A stretch of 64,000 nucleotides of DNA, from the NCBI GenBank assembly GCA_963765495.1, contig CAVXWP010000001.1:256001-320000 (forward strand), written 5' to 3'. This DNA comes from Blastocatellia bacterium. GTDB taxonomy: Bacteria > Acidobacteriota > Blastocatellia > UBA7656. The position numbers were made by a program, and so were the translations under genes. The notes beneath the pieces were generated by a model. That model was not told where the DNA came from and did not search any database. It saw only the letters and a list, made by a program, of their open reading frames with translations. This document shows, piece after piece, positions 50,420 to 58,951 of this stretch; the stretch's first letter is position 1, and each line of letters begins with the position of its first letter.

Positions 50420-50809
50420 ATGCCTGATGCAAAATTAAAGCTTTCGCTCCTTTCGGGCGCGTTTGCCGTTTGCAGATTGAAGCGCGACAGGGCGGTTCCC
50501 GATTGGGCAACGGCTGGCGACTTTTTCTCGGTCACGCGAACGCGTGATGAGCTTTCAATCGTTTGCCCTGAAAGCGTCGTGCCCGAAGATGTTACTTGCG
50601 AAAAAGGATGGCGATGTTTGAAAGTCCGGGGCACGCTCGATTTCGCTCTGGTCGGCATCCTGGCTTCGATGGTTGTGCCGCTTGCCGAAGCCGGCATCAG
50701 CGTGTTTGTCGTCTCTACTTATGATACTGACTACCTGCTCTTGAAAGAGCGAGACCTCGAAAAAGCCGCTCGCTCGCTTGCGGAGGCCGGGCATACGGTT
50801 GACCTCTGA
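50420..50809 (+). CDS. Tandem ACT-domain protein
   Basis: FFSVTRTRDELSIVC, GWRCLKVRGTLDFALVGIL, ISVFVVSTYDTDYLL. Confidence 0.88.
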   Translation: MPDAKLKLSLLSGAFAVCRLKRDRAVPDWATAGDFFSVTRTRDELSIVCPESVVPEDVTCEKGWRCLKVRGTLDFALVGILASMVVPLAEAGISVFVVSTYDTDYLLLKERDLEKAARSLAEAGHTVDL

Positions 50810-50841
50810 GGCCCGAAGCGTGAGGGCCGGAGGCGGGTTTC

Positions 50842-50871
50842 TTGACAATGCTCGGAGCCGGGCATTATAGT
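50842..50871 (+). promoter_or_regulatory. Sigma-70 promoter of hslV with a dyad filling the spacer
   Basis: TTGACA-18 nt-TATAGT; dyad AATGCTCGG-AG-CCGGGCATT; ATG only 8 nt past the -10 box. Confidence 0.65.
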
Positions 50872-50879
50872 CGCCATTT

Positions 50880-51443
50880 ATGGGGAAGAATCATTTTCAC
50901 CACGAAACACGACCGCGAGTCCGCAGCACAACCATCCTGTCTGTGCGCAGAGACGATCACGTAGCGGTGGCAGGGGACGGGCAGGTCACCTTCGATAAAA
51001 CGGTTATGAAATCGGGTGCGCGCAAGGTCCGCCGCCTCTTCAACGATAAGATAATCGCGGGATTTGCGGGCTCTACGGCCGATGCTTTCACCCTCTTCAC
51101 AAGGTTTGAAGCCAAGCTGGAACAGTATCACGGCCAGTTGCAACGCGCTGCCGTCGAGATGGGCAAAGAGTGGCGAACCGATAAGTATCTGCGCCATCTC
51201 GAAGCGCTGCTGATCGTTGCCGACGAAAAATCATCGCTTCTGATTTCAGGCGGCGGTGATGTGATTGAACCCGACGACGGAGTGCTGGCAATAGGTTCCG
51301 GCGGCCCATACGCTACGGCGGCGGCCCGCGCCCTGATTCGCCATACCCAGTTACCCGCAAGAGAGATCGTCAAAGAAGCCATGAAGATCGCGGGCGAAAT
51401 CTGCATCTATACAAACTCTGAACTTGTGATAGAAGAGATTTGA
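50880..51443 (+). CDS. hslV: ATP-dependent protease peptidase subunit HslV
   Basis: Short leader then TTILSVRR; [47 protein letters not shown]. Confidence 0.95.
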   Translation: MGKNHFHHETRPRVRSTTILSVRRDDHVAVAGDGQVTFDKTVMKSGARKVRRLFNDKIIAGFAGSTADAFTLFTRFEAKLEQYHGQLQRAAVEMGKEWRTDKYLRHLEALLIVADEKSSLLISGGGDVIEPDDGVLAIGSGGPYATAAARALIRHTQLPAREIVKEAMKIAGEICIYTNSELVIEEI

Positions 51444-51454
51444 ACCGCCATAAA

Positions 51455-51541
51455 GTAAAAGGCACCGGATAAATCCGATGCCTCTTGGCCCCTCAGGTTT
51501 TATCATATCAATCGAGCATCGTTGGGTGATGCTGTAATTGC
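51455..51541 (-). ncRNA. Candidate sigma-54-dependent small RNA (about 85 nt)
   Basis: Sigma-54 promoter upstream; 5' hairpin AGCATC-ACCCAAC-GATGCT; intrinsic terminator AGGCATCGGA...TCCGGTGCCT-TTT. Confidence 0.6.
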
Positions 51542-51551
51542 CATATAGCAC

Positions 51552-51567
51552 TGCATCCCGCGTGCCA
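51552..51567 (-). promoter_or_regulatory. Sigma-54 (-24/-12) promoter
   Basis: Minus strand TGGCACGCGGGATGCA (GG-N10-GC). Confidence 0.65.
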
Positions 51568-51725
51568 CCAGCCCCGCTCTTACTCAAGCGGAGAGGTAAA
51601 TAGCTGATATTCGCTGAATTATCGCCGATATTCCTTGCCTTGCCGCTAGAATGGCCGACAGCCTTTTTGGGACAGAATTGCCGAGAAAAAAGCCATGCTT
51701 GCGATTCCAGGCTAAATCAAAAAAA

Positions 51726-51830
51726 GAGAGAGCTAGTTTTTGAGAGAGATAGTTTTTGAGAGAGATAGTTTTTGACAGAATTTACAAGATCAAAAAGATT
51801 GGAAGAAAATCCCGTAAATCCTGTCAAAAA
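51726..51830. repeat. 16-bp tandem repeat joined to an imperfect palindrome
   Basis: TAGTTTTTGAGAGAGA about 2.6 copies, then TTTTTGACAGAATTTAC ... GTAAATCCTGTCAAAAA. Confidence 0.75.
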
Positions 51831-51922
51831 GCGGTTGTCCTCACAGGCTTTCCCGAGAGAGCCGGGCAATCCCGGCATTGAGTGACTTTGTACCTGTCTG
51901 ATAGACTCGTGATGGTTTAAGA

Positions 51923-54505
51923 ATGAAGATATCCGGCTCGCAAACAATCAAGCTATCACTCACATTGCTTGCAATGGCGATGATGTTTTGCGCGACCCTT
52001 CCCTGTGGGTCTGCGCGAGCGACCTCGGATCGTAAACGCGAAGGCGCAGATTCTCCGGGTAATCCCGATTTTATCCTCTTCCGTCGAGGCGCGCTCGATA
52101 CTCGCGCAAAAAGAGAATCCGATAGCTCGGCGGCTGATTCGCTGCACATCTCGGCGCTTAGAGAGCCCGGACGAAGGCAATTGCGCGTAGTTCAATTCGC
52201 CGGACCCATCAAGCGCAGGTGGATCGAGCAATTAAAGGCTACCGGCTCCGAGATCATAGGTTATATCCCAAACAACGCATACATAATCCGAAGCAATGCG
52301 GGAGGGCTTGCCCGTATTGCCGCGCTCGACGCGGGTGAATCCGCTGATGATTCGAGGCCCATCCGATGGATGGGGCGCTTTGAGCCCCTACAGAAAATAG
52401 CGCCGGAATTTGATGATCGCGCTGTCGGTCTTAAAGAGAAGGGCCAGGCCGCCGTAGAGATCGAATTGCTCGACACCCCTGACAATAGCGCGGCCATCGA
52501 ATACATAAATCGAATCGCAACAACCGTAAATCAACCGCCCCGGCGGTTCCTCAAATTTGTAGTCGTGTGCGTCACTCTGCCAATCGAGCGGCTGGCCTCC
52601 GTAGCCGACTTCGATGAAGTGCTTTTTATAAACCCCGATCCGGCCCTGTCTCTGCAAGACGAGCGCAGTCTTCAAATAGTCGCCGGTAATCTGATCCCGG
52701 ACCGCACTCAGCCGACAGGCCCCGGCTACATGGGATGGCTCGAAGCTCAGGGTCTAAACTGGGAACCGGATTTCCTGATCGATTTCGCGGATTCAGGTCT
52801 TGATCACGGGTTCACATCAAAGGGGCTTGTTCATCCGGGGTTCCTCGATGCGGAAGGCGAAAGCCGCGTCGCGTATAATGTTAACTACACCAGAAGCGAG
52901 CAGTCGGAAGACATCACAGGTCACGGCACTATGACGGCTTCCATAGCCTGCGGGCGCGGCATAAGCGACCGGACCGATGAGGAAGGCTACATGTACGGGG
53001 TTGGAATAGAACCGAATGCCCGACTTGGCGAGTCGCGTATATTCGATGATTTCGGGGCGCTATCGCTCAAGGTGAGCTATTCGGAAATGATTTCGGCGGC
53101 CTATTCCAGGGGGGCGCGCATATCGAATAATAGCTGGGGCAACGGCAGCAATATCTATAATTCGCTCGCGCAGGAATACGATGCGCGCACTCGCGACGCG
53201 CAATCTACAATCGCGGGCAATCAAGAAATGATCTTCGTTTTTTCGGCGGGCAATCAGGGGCCGGGCGGTCACGTAAGCTCGCCCGGTACGGCCAAAAACG
53301 TCATCACCGTGGCGGCGAGTGAAAACTTTCGCCCCGAAGGAGTTGATTCCTGTGATCTGGACGGGCAAGGGCCGATAGGCCCCGAGGGCGCAGACAACTC
53401 GCTCGACATTCTGAGATTTTCATCCGGCGGGCCGACCGCCGATAACCGCTTCAAGCCCGACATCACAGCGCCCGGCACGCACGTATTTGGCGCGGCGTCT
53501 CAAGCGACTTTCTTTTACGGCAACGGATTGTGCCCCGGCAGAACTCTCTTTAACCCTTCCGGCCAGAGACTCTATACTTGGTCGTCGGGGACGAGTCTTG
53601 CGGCCCCTCACGTGACCGGAGCGGCGGCGCTTGCGCGCAAGTTTTTCGTGATGCGCGATCTGCTTGGAGACAACCGCGCGCCTTCGCCCGCGATGACAAA
53701 GGCATTTCTCGTCAACTCCGCATCTTACCTGACGGGCGAAAACGCGGGCGGCGACTTGCCGTCTGCGCGGCAAGGTTGGGGGCTTCTGGATATGGCCCGC
53801 GCATTCGATGACGGGAGCCGCAGACTGATAGATCAGACCACGGTCTTTACCGAAAGCGGTCAGCATTTCGAGATCAAAGGAGCCATTGCCGACCGCTCTC
53901 GTCCCCTTCGCGTGACGCTTGCCTGGACCGATGCGCCGGGGAGTCTGGCCGGTCCGGCTCTGGTCAACGACCTCGATCTGGAAATCACTGTCGACGGGCA
54001 GACCGTCTATCGCGGGAATAATTTTCAGGGTGAGTTTTCCGTCGCGACAGGTGAGGCGGACCGGCTGAACAATGTCGAATCCATCTATCTGCCTGCCGCC
54101 TCGATACCCGAGGGATCATCGGGCAACTTTACGATCACCGTCCGCGCAGCTAACATAGCGGGCGACGGCGTGCCGGGCAACGGCGATGATCTGGATCAGG
54201 ATTTCGCGCTCGTAGCCTATAACGTCACGGACCCAATCGTTACTCCGCCAAAAAAAGTCCCCACAGTGACCCTTGCGAGCTATGTGAAAAAGGTCCTGAC
54301 CATTACGGGAGAGAATTTCTCAGCCGATGCGAGCGTAGAGGTAAACGGAGAGATCGTCAATCGCGCCTTTACGTTCGACGCCGCGACCAATTCGCTCAGC
54401 ATCAAGAAGAAGTATAAGAAACTTAATCTGAAGAAAAACGATACCAACCAGATCGTCATCATCGAAAAAGGCGAGCGATCTCAAGCCTTCAGCCTGCAAC
54501 TCTAA
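51923..54505 (+). CDS. Exported S8 (subtilisin-like) serine peptidase
   Basis: Catalytic motifs ADSG, GHGT, SAGN, SGTSLAAPHV; propeptide; VTLAWTD and LVNDLDL module; Lys-rich C-terminal domain. Confidence 0.92.
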   Translation: MKISGSQTIKLSLTLLAMAMMFCATLPCGSARATSDRKREGADSPGNPDFILFRRGALDTRAKRESDSSAADSLHISALREPGRRQLRVVQFAGPIKRRWIEQLKATGSEIIGYIPNNAYIIRSNAGGLARIAALDAGESADDSRPIRWMGRFEPLQKIAPEFDDRAVGLKEKGQAAVEIELLDTPDNSAAIEYINRIATTVNQPPRRFLKFVVVCVTLPIERLASVADFDEVLFINPDPALSLQDERSLQIVAGNLIPDRTQPTGPGYMGWLEAQGLNWEPDFLIDFADSGLDHGFTSKGLVHPGFLDAEGESRVAYNVNYTRSEQSEDITGHGTMTASIACGRGISDRTDEEGYMYGVGIEPNARLGESRIFDDFGALSLKVSYSEMISAAYSRGARISNNSWGNGSNIYNSLAQEYDARTRDAQSTIAGNQEMIFVFSAGNQGPGGHVSSPGTAKNVITVAASENFRPEGVDSCDLDGQGPIGPEGADNSLDILRFSSGGPTADNRFKPDITAPGTHVFGAASQATFFYGNGLCPGRTLFNPSGQRLYTWSSGTSLAAPHVTGAAALARKFFVMRDLLGDNRAPSPAMTKAFLVNSASYLTGENAGGDLPSARQGWGLLDMARAFDDGSRRLIDQTTVFTESGQHFEIKGAIADRSRPLRVTLAWTDAPGSLAGPALVNDLDLEITVDGQTVYRGNNFQGEFSVATGEADRLNNVESIYLPAASIPEGSSGNFTITVRAANIAGDGVPGNGDDLDQDFALVAYNVTDPIVTPPKKVPTVTLASYVKKVLTITGENFSADASVEVNGEIVNRAFTFDAATNSLSIKKKYKKLNLKKNDTNQIVIIEKGERSQAFSLQL

Positions 54506-54508
54506 GAA

Positions 54509-54590
54509 GTGATTCGTGATACGTGATTCGTGACTTTCAGGCACTGACCTTTTAAAAGGCTTGTCGCTGACTTCACGCATCACGTATCAC
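54509..54590. repeat. GCGTGAT-family palindromic element
   Basis: GTGATTCGTGATACGTGATTCGTGA ... TCACGCATCACGTATCAC. Confidence 0.8.
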
Positions 54591-54684
54591 TACGGGTTTC
54601 AAGTTTAAATTCCGCAAAATCAGAGAGATAAACCCGCCCGTCAAGGCCGACTATCGTTTGACGCCGCAAGAGACCGAGTTATTA

Positions 54685-54762
54685 AACCCCGGTCCCGGAG
54701 GCCGCGCCGGAACTATAACCGTAGCGGGACAAACCTTTACATTGAAGCAGAAAGCGCCTTGA
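54685..54762 (+). pseudogene. Orphan fragment resembling the C-terminal half of a BACON domain
   Basis: Translates NPGPGGRAGTITVAGQTFTLKQKAP-stop; no clear start or RBS. Confidence 0.55.
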
Positions 54763-55123
54763 GACTTTCGAACCGAATTGAGGCGCACGGCAATATATAC
54801 CACACAACGAGTAAAAAGGCTGAGTTTTAAACTCGCGATTTAATCTGGCTAAGGCAGCCACAAATCGCCTCGCATTTCGTGGCTGTAAGGGCTGTCTGGT
54901 TATCGCTTATTCCGATCAGATAACCATTTGGGAATCTTCTTCGTTGTGATACTATCTGGGCTGCGCGCTGGGACTGTCATACCGTTGCCAGTTGAACTTA
55001 AAGCGCGCTATCGCGGATTTCATTTTAGAGTTTCTCATACGACGAATGCTTTTCTGAGGCTGGTTAAGGTATGAGATTGCTTCATCAACAACCGTATTCC
55101 AGAGATGACAAGATAGGTGACTT

Positions 55124-58100
55124 ATGAACAGGACATTTTTCAGCATTTCCCGAGGCCCGGCTCTCTTAACATTAAACCTTTTGCTGCTGGTCGCTTTCAC
55201 GCTGGCCCAGTCTGTCGGAGCCAGCGCCGACGATAATTTTACGATCAAATCTTCGGTTATAGCGGGCGGCGGCGGCTCGAGCACGGGCGGCGCACTGGCC
55301 ATTGACGGTACAATTGGTCAAGCCATGGTTGGTATATCAAGCGCAGGAAATTTCTCTGTCGCGGGCGGTTTCTGGAATACACTTACACAAATTCCCGCAG
55401 TCAGCAATTCGATATCAGGGACGATCTCTTATTGCATCGACAACTCAAAGAAAGTCCCCAACGCCACCGTCCAGACTACCAGCGGTTCCCCTTCCGCTTC
55501 CACTACTACTAACGCCTCCGGCTTCTATCAACTCGATAACCTCGGCACTGGCCCTTACACCGTTGCTCCTTCCAAAACCGGTGCCGTCTCCGGCATCTCT
55601 GCTCAGGATATCGGTATCCTCCGCCGCCTCGCCGCTGGCATCGATACCCCCACTCCCTGTCAATCCATCGCTGGCGATACAGATAACAACGGCTCGCTCG
55701 GCGCCCAGGACATCGGCTTCCTTCGAAGATTTGTCGCTCAACTTACTACCACTGGCATCACTGGCTCCTGGAAATTCTCTCCCGCCTCCAAAACCTATCT
55801 TTCCCTCGTCTCTAATCAAACAAACCAGGATTACGATGCCTTGCTGATCGGAGATGTTGACGGCAACTGGACCCCCGCTGCTCCTGATCCTGCTTCATTT
55901 CAGAAGAGTCAGGCTCCTTCGGCCACTAACCTTGCCCTCTCTTTGCCCAGTGTCGTTGCTCCTCCCGGTTCTACTGATGTCTCTATCCCGGTCATGGTTA
56001 ACGGCACTCTCACAAACGGCGATTTCGTTTTGGGCTACACAATCGAGATCAGTTTCGATCCCAGCGTGCTGGTTCCACATTCGCCCTCATTCAACACGAC
56101 AGGGACGGTTTCATCGACCGGGGTCGTCACAGAGAACACGGGTGTGTCGGGGAGGCTCCGACTTGTGGTCGATTTCCAGAATCCGCTGATATTCACAGGG
56201 CAGCAGACGCTGATAATATTGAGGTTCGATGTGGTAGGGACACAGGGACAGATGAGCGGGCTCAACTGGTTCTTCACGGAATTTGGGAGCGGCCCACCTG
56301 CCGTCACCACCACGACTACAAACGGCAACTTCACCGTCACAAGCCCCACTGCCGTAAAAGTCGATGCCTTCAAGGCCACGGGCTTTGACAAGGGCGTATA
56401 TCTCCAGTGGCAGACCGGGTTTGAATCTACTAACCTCGGCTTCAACATCTATCGCCAGCAGGCGGGCAAACTCTCTCTTGTTACGCCTGAAATATTGGCC
56501 GGGTCGGCGCTTTTGACAGGTGACACGCCCTTGCTTGCCGGGCGGAAATATTCGTGGTGGGATAATTCACCCGATAGTAAACAGGACGCGCTCTATTATC
56601 TGGAAGACATTGACCTCAACGGCACAAGGAGCCTGCACGGGCCGATAGTTGCAACCAGAGCATCAGGCAATCCGCCTGCTGGCTCTCGGGCCGAGTTGTT
56701 GAGCCGGATGGGCAGAGGCAAGGCTACAATCAGCGACTACGTCGCTTCCTCCTCCCCTGGCAGCGCCCAACTGGCAACCGTTTCCTCAAAGAAAGGATTA
56801 CAAAACTCCAGGCGAGAGACAGTGCCTGTTGATCTGGCGACCTCCTCTGCCATAAAGATGTGGATAGGCAATAGCGGGCTCTATCGCCTCACTCAGCCGC
56901 AACTGCTGAGCGCCGGCCTCGATTCCGGGATAGATCCGCGACTCTTGCAGATGTATGTCGACGGGCAGGAGGTTCCAATCCTTGTCACTGGCCAGGATGA
57001 CGGAAGATTTGATGCCGCGGACACAGTGGAATTCTACGCTTCGGCAATCGACAGCCCGTTCACCTCGAAGCGGGTCTACTGGCTTGTGGCAGGGACAGTG
57101 GCGGGAAGACGGATAACAAAGGTGACGAGTCCCGGGAAGGGGCAGAGCAACGCTAGTTTTACCTCGACCCTGGAGCGACGAGACAAGACGATCTACTTTT
57201 CGAGTTTGAGGAACGGGGATGAGGAGAACTTCTTTGGGCCGGTCATAGCCTCGCAGGAAGTCGATCAGTCGATAGATGTGAAAGATATGGCAGCGGGAGG
57301 AGGAACTGGGGCAGTGCTTGAAGTGGGATTACAGGGAGTAAGCGCGGTCAACCATCGAGTAAAAGTGAGGTTGAACGGGACGGAGTTGGGAGAGGTAAAT
57401 TACAGTGGGCAGGGAGCAGGAGTAGGGAGATTCACACTCTCAAGCGGGCAACTGGTGGAAGGAAGAAACGACATCAAGATGGAGGGGGTGGGAACAGGAG
57501 GAGATGTGAGCCTGGCCGAGTATGTGAGAGTGAGCTATGAGAGGAGGTACAAGGCGGAAGGAGATGAGTTGAGATTCCGAGCAGAGGGGGGCCAGGAGGT
57601 AAAGATAGGAGGGTTCACAAGCGAACGGATACGAGTATTTGATGTAACGGAGGAAGGGAATGTAGTGGAGATAGGAGGAGCGATAGAAGAGAGCGGGAAC
57701 GGGTATGAGATAGGGATCAAGGTAGGAGGAGCAGGAGAGAGAGAGATGATGGCGATAGAGGAAGGGGAGGTGAGAGAGGTAGGAGAGATGAGAAAGAACG
57801 AGGCGTCGAAGCTGAGAGCGACGAGCCAGGGAGCGGACCTGTTGATAATCACGACGGGAGAGATGGGAGGAAGTCTGGAAGGGTTGAAGGCGCTGAGACA
57901 GAGTCAGGGGATGGCGGTAGCGATAGTGAAGGTGGAAGACATCTATGACGAGTTCAGCCAGGGAGAGAAGACGCCGTATGCGATAAGAGAATTTCTGATA
58001 TATGCGAAGAGGAACTGGAAGAGGAAGCCGGGATATGTGTTGATGGGAGGGGATGCGAGTTACGACCCGAAGAATTATCTGGGAGCGGGGGAATGGGATC

Positions 58101-58861
58101 TGGTGCCGACGAAGTTGGTGGACACGGCGTATCTGGAGACGGCCTCAGATGAATGGATGGTGGACGAGGATGGAGACGGGATAGGAGAGATGGCGATAGG
58201 GCGACTGCCGATAAGGAGCGAGGAAGAAGGGATGAGGATGGTAGGGAAGATAATGAGTTATGAGAGAGGAGTATCGAGGAGGAGTGTGTTATTGGTATCG
58301 GATGCGAATGATGGATACAACTTTGAGCAGGCGAACGAAGAGTTGAAGGGGATGATACCGAAGGGGACGAGGATAGAAGAGGTAAAGAGGGGGCAGATGA
58401 GCGAGGAGGAAGCGAGGGCGAGGGTGATAGGAGGGATAAACGAAGGGCAGGCGATAGTGAGTTATGCAGGGCACGGGTCGGTGGATATATGGAGAGGAGA
58501 GATATTGAGGAGCGAGGATGGAGAGATAATGAGGAATGGTAATCAGTTGAGTGTATTTCTGATGATGACGTGTTTGAACGGATATTTTGAGGATCCGATG
58601 TTGGAGAGTTTGGGAGAGGCGATGATGAAGGCGGAGAGGGGAGGAGCGGTAGCGGTATGGGGGTCGAGCGGGATGTGTGAAGCGGGAGAGCAGGCGGCAG
58701 TGAGCAAGGAGATGATGAGGGAGCTAAACAGTGTGGAGGGGTTGACGAAGAAGAAGGTGACGATAGGAGAAGCGGCGAGGAGGGCGAAGGGGAGGATAGG
58801 AGATGTGGATGTAAGGAGGACGTACGTGTTGTTGGGAGACCCGACTATGCGCCTCAGATAA
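55124..58861 (+). CDS. Exported modular protein: Ig-like, dockerin-like, cohesin-like and peptidase C25 (gingipain family) domains
   Basis: Signal peptide; duplicated dockerin-like motif (ISAQDIGILRR / GDTDNNGSLGAQDIGFLRR); cohesin-like ISFDPSVL...ILRFDV; C25 motifs DIYDEFS, GDASYD, AIGRLP, YAGHGS (His), MTCLNG (Cys), LLGDP. Confidence 0.85.
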   Translation: MNRTFFSISRGPALLTLNLLLLVAFTLAQSVGASADDNFTIKSSVIAGGGGSSTGGALAIDGTIGQAMVGISSAGNFSVAGGFWNTLTQIPAVSNSISGTISYCIDNSKKVPNATVQTTSGSPSASTTTNASGFYQLDNLGTGPYTVAPSKTGAVSGISAQDIGILRRLAAGIDTPTPCQSIAGDTDNNGSLGAQDIGFLRRFVAQLTTTGITGSWKFSPASKTYLSLVSNQTNQDYDALLIGDVDGNWTPAAPDPASFQKSQAPSATNLALSLPSVVAPPGSTDVSIPVMVNGTLTNGDFVLGYTIEISFDPSVLVPHSPSFNTTGTVSSTGVVTENTGVSGRLRLVVDFQNPLIFTGQQTLIILRFDVVGTQGQMSGLNWFFTEFGSGPPAVTTTTTNGNFTVTSPTAVKVDAFKATGFDKGVYLQWQTGFESTNLGFNIYRQQAGKLSLVTPEILAGSALLTGDTPLLAGRKYSWWDNSPDSKQDALYYLEDIDLNGTRSLHGPIVATRASGNPPAGSRAELLSRMGRGKATISDYVASSSPGSAQLATVSSKKGLQNSRRETVPVDLATSSAIKMWIGNSGLYRLTQPQLLSAGLDSGIDPRLLQMYVDGQEVPILVTGQDDGRFDAADTVEFYASAIDSPFTSKRVYWLVAGTVAGRRITKVTSPGKGQSNASFTSTLERRDKTIYFSSLRNGDEENFFGPVIASQEVDQSIDVKDMAAGGGTGAVLEVGLQGVSAVNHRVKVRLNGTELGEVNYSGQGAGVGRFTLSSGQLVEGRNDIKMEGVGTGGDVSLAEYVRVSYERRYKAEGDELRFRAEGGQEVKIGGFTSERIRVFDVTEEGNVVEIGGAIEESGNGYEIGIKVGGAGEREMMAIEEGEVREVGEMRKNEASKLRATSQGADLLIITTGEMGGSLEGLKALRQSQGMAVAIVKVEDIYDEFSQGEKTPYAIREFLIYAKRNWKRKPGYVLMGGDASYDPKNYLGAGEWDLVPTKLVDTAYLETASDEWMVDEDGDGIGEMAIGRLPIRSEEEGMRMVGKIMSYERGVSRRSVLLVSDANDGYNFEQANEELKGMIPKGTRIEEVKRGQMSEEEARARVIGGINEGQAIVSYAGHGSVDIWRGEILRSEDGEIMRNGNQLSVFLMMTCLNGYFEDPMLESLGEAMMKAERGGAVAVWGSSGMCEAGEQAAVSKEMMRELNSVEGLTKKKVTIGEAARRAKGRIGDVDVRRTYVLLGDPTMRLR

Positions 58862-58885
58862 CGCAGAATGCCGCAATTAAATTGG

Positions 58886-58928
58886 AGAGGGGCTGATGAG
58901 TGGTATATCAACTCATCAGCCCCTTTCT
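58886..58928. terminator. Hairpin between convergent genes (probable bidirectional terminator)
   Basis: AGGGGCTGATGAGT / ACTCATCAGCCCCT followed by TTCT. Confidence 0.75.
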
Positions 58929-58951
58929 AATGAAAGTAAATCCGACTCCTG

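Noticed and set aside
51734-51775. CRISPR array (also the heptamer arrays)
   Set aside because: The units are contiguous with no unique spacers, and there are no cas genes.
57100-58850. Purine tract as a foreign insertion or pseudogene
   Set aside because: The frame is continuous with the rest of the gene, C25 motifs are intact, and no element ends are visible.
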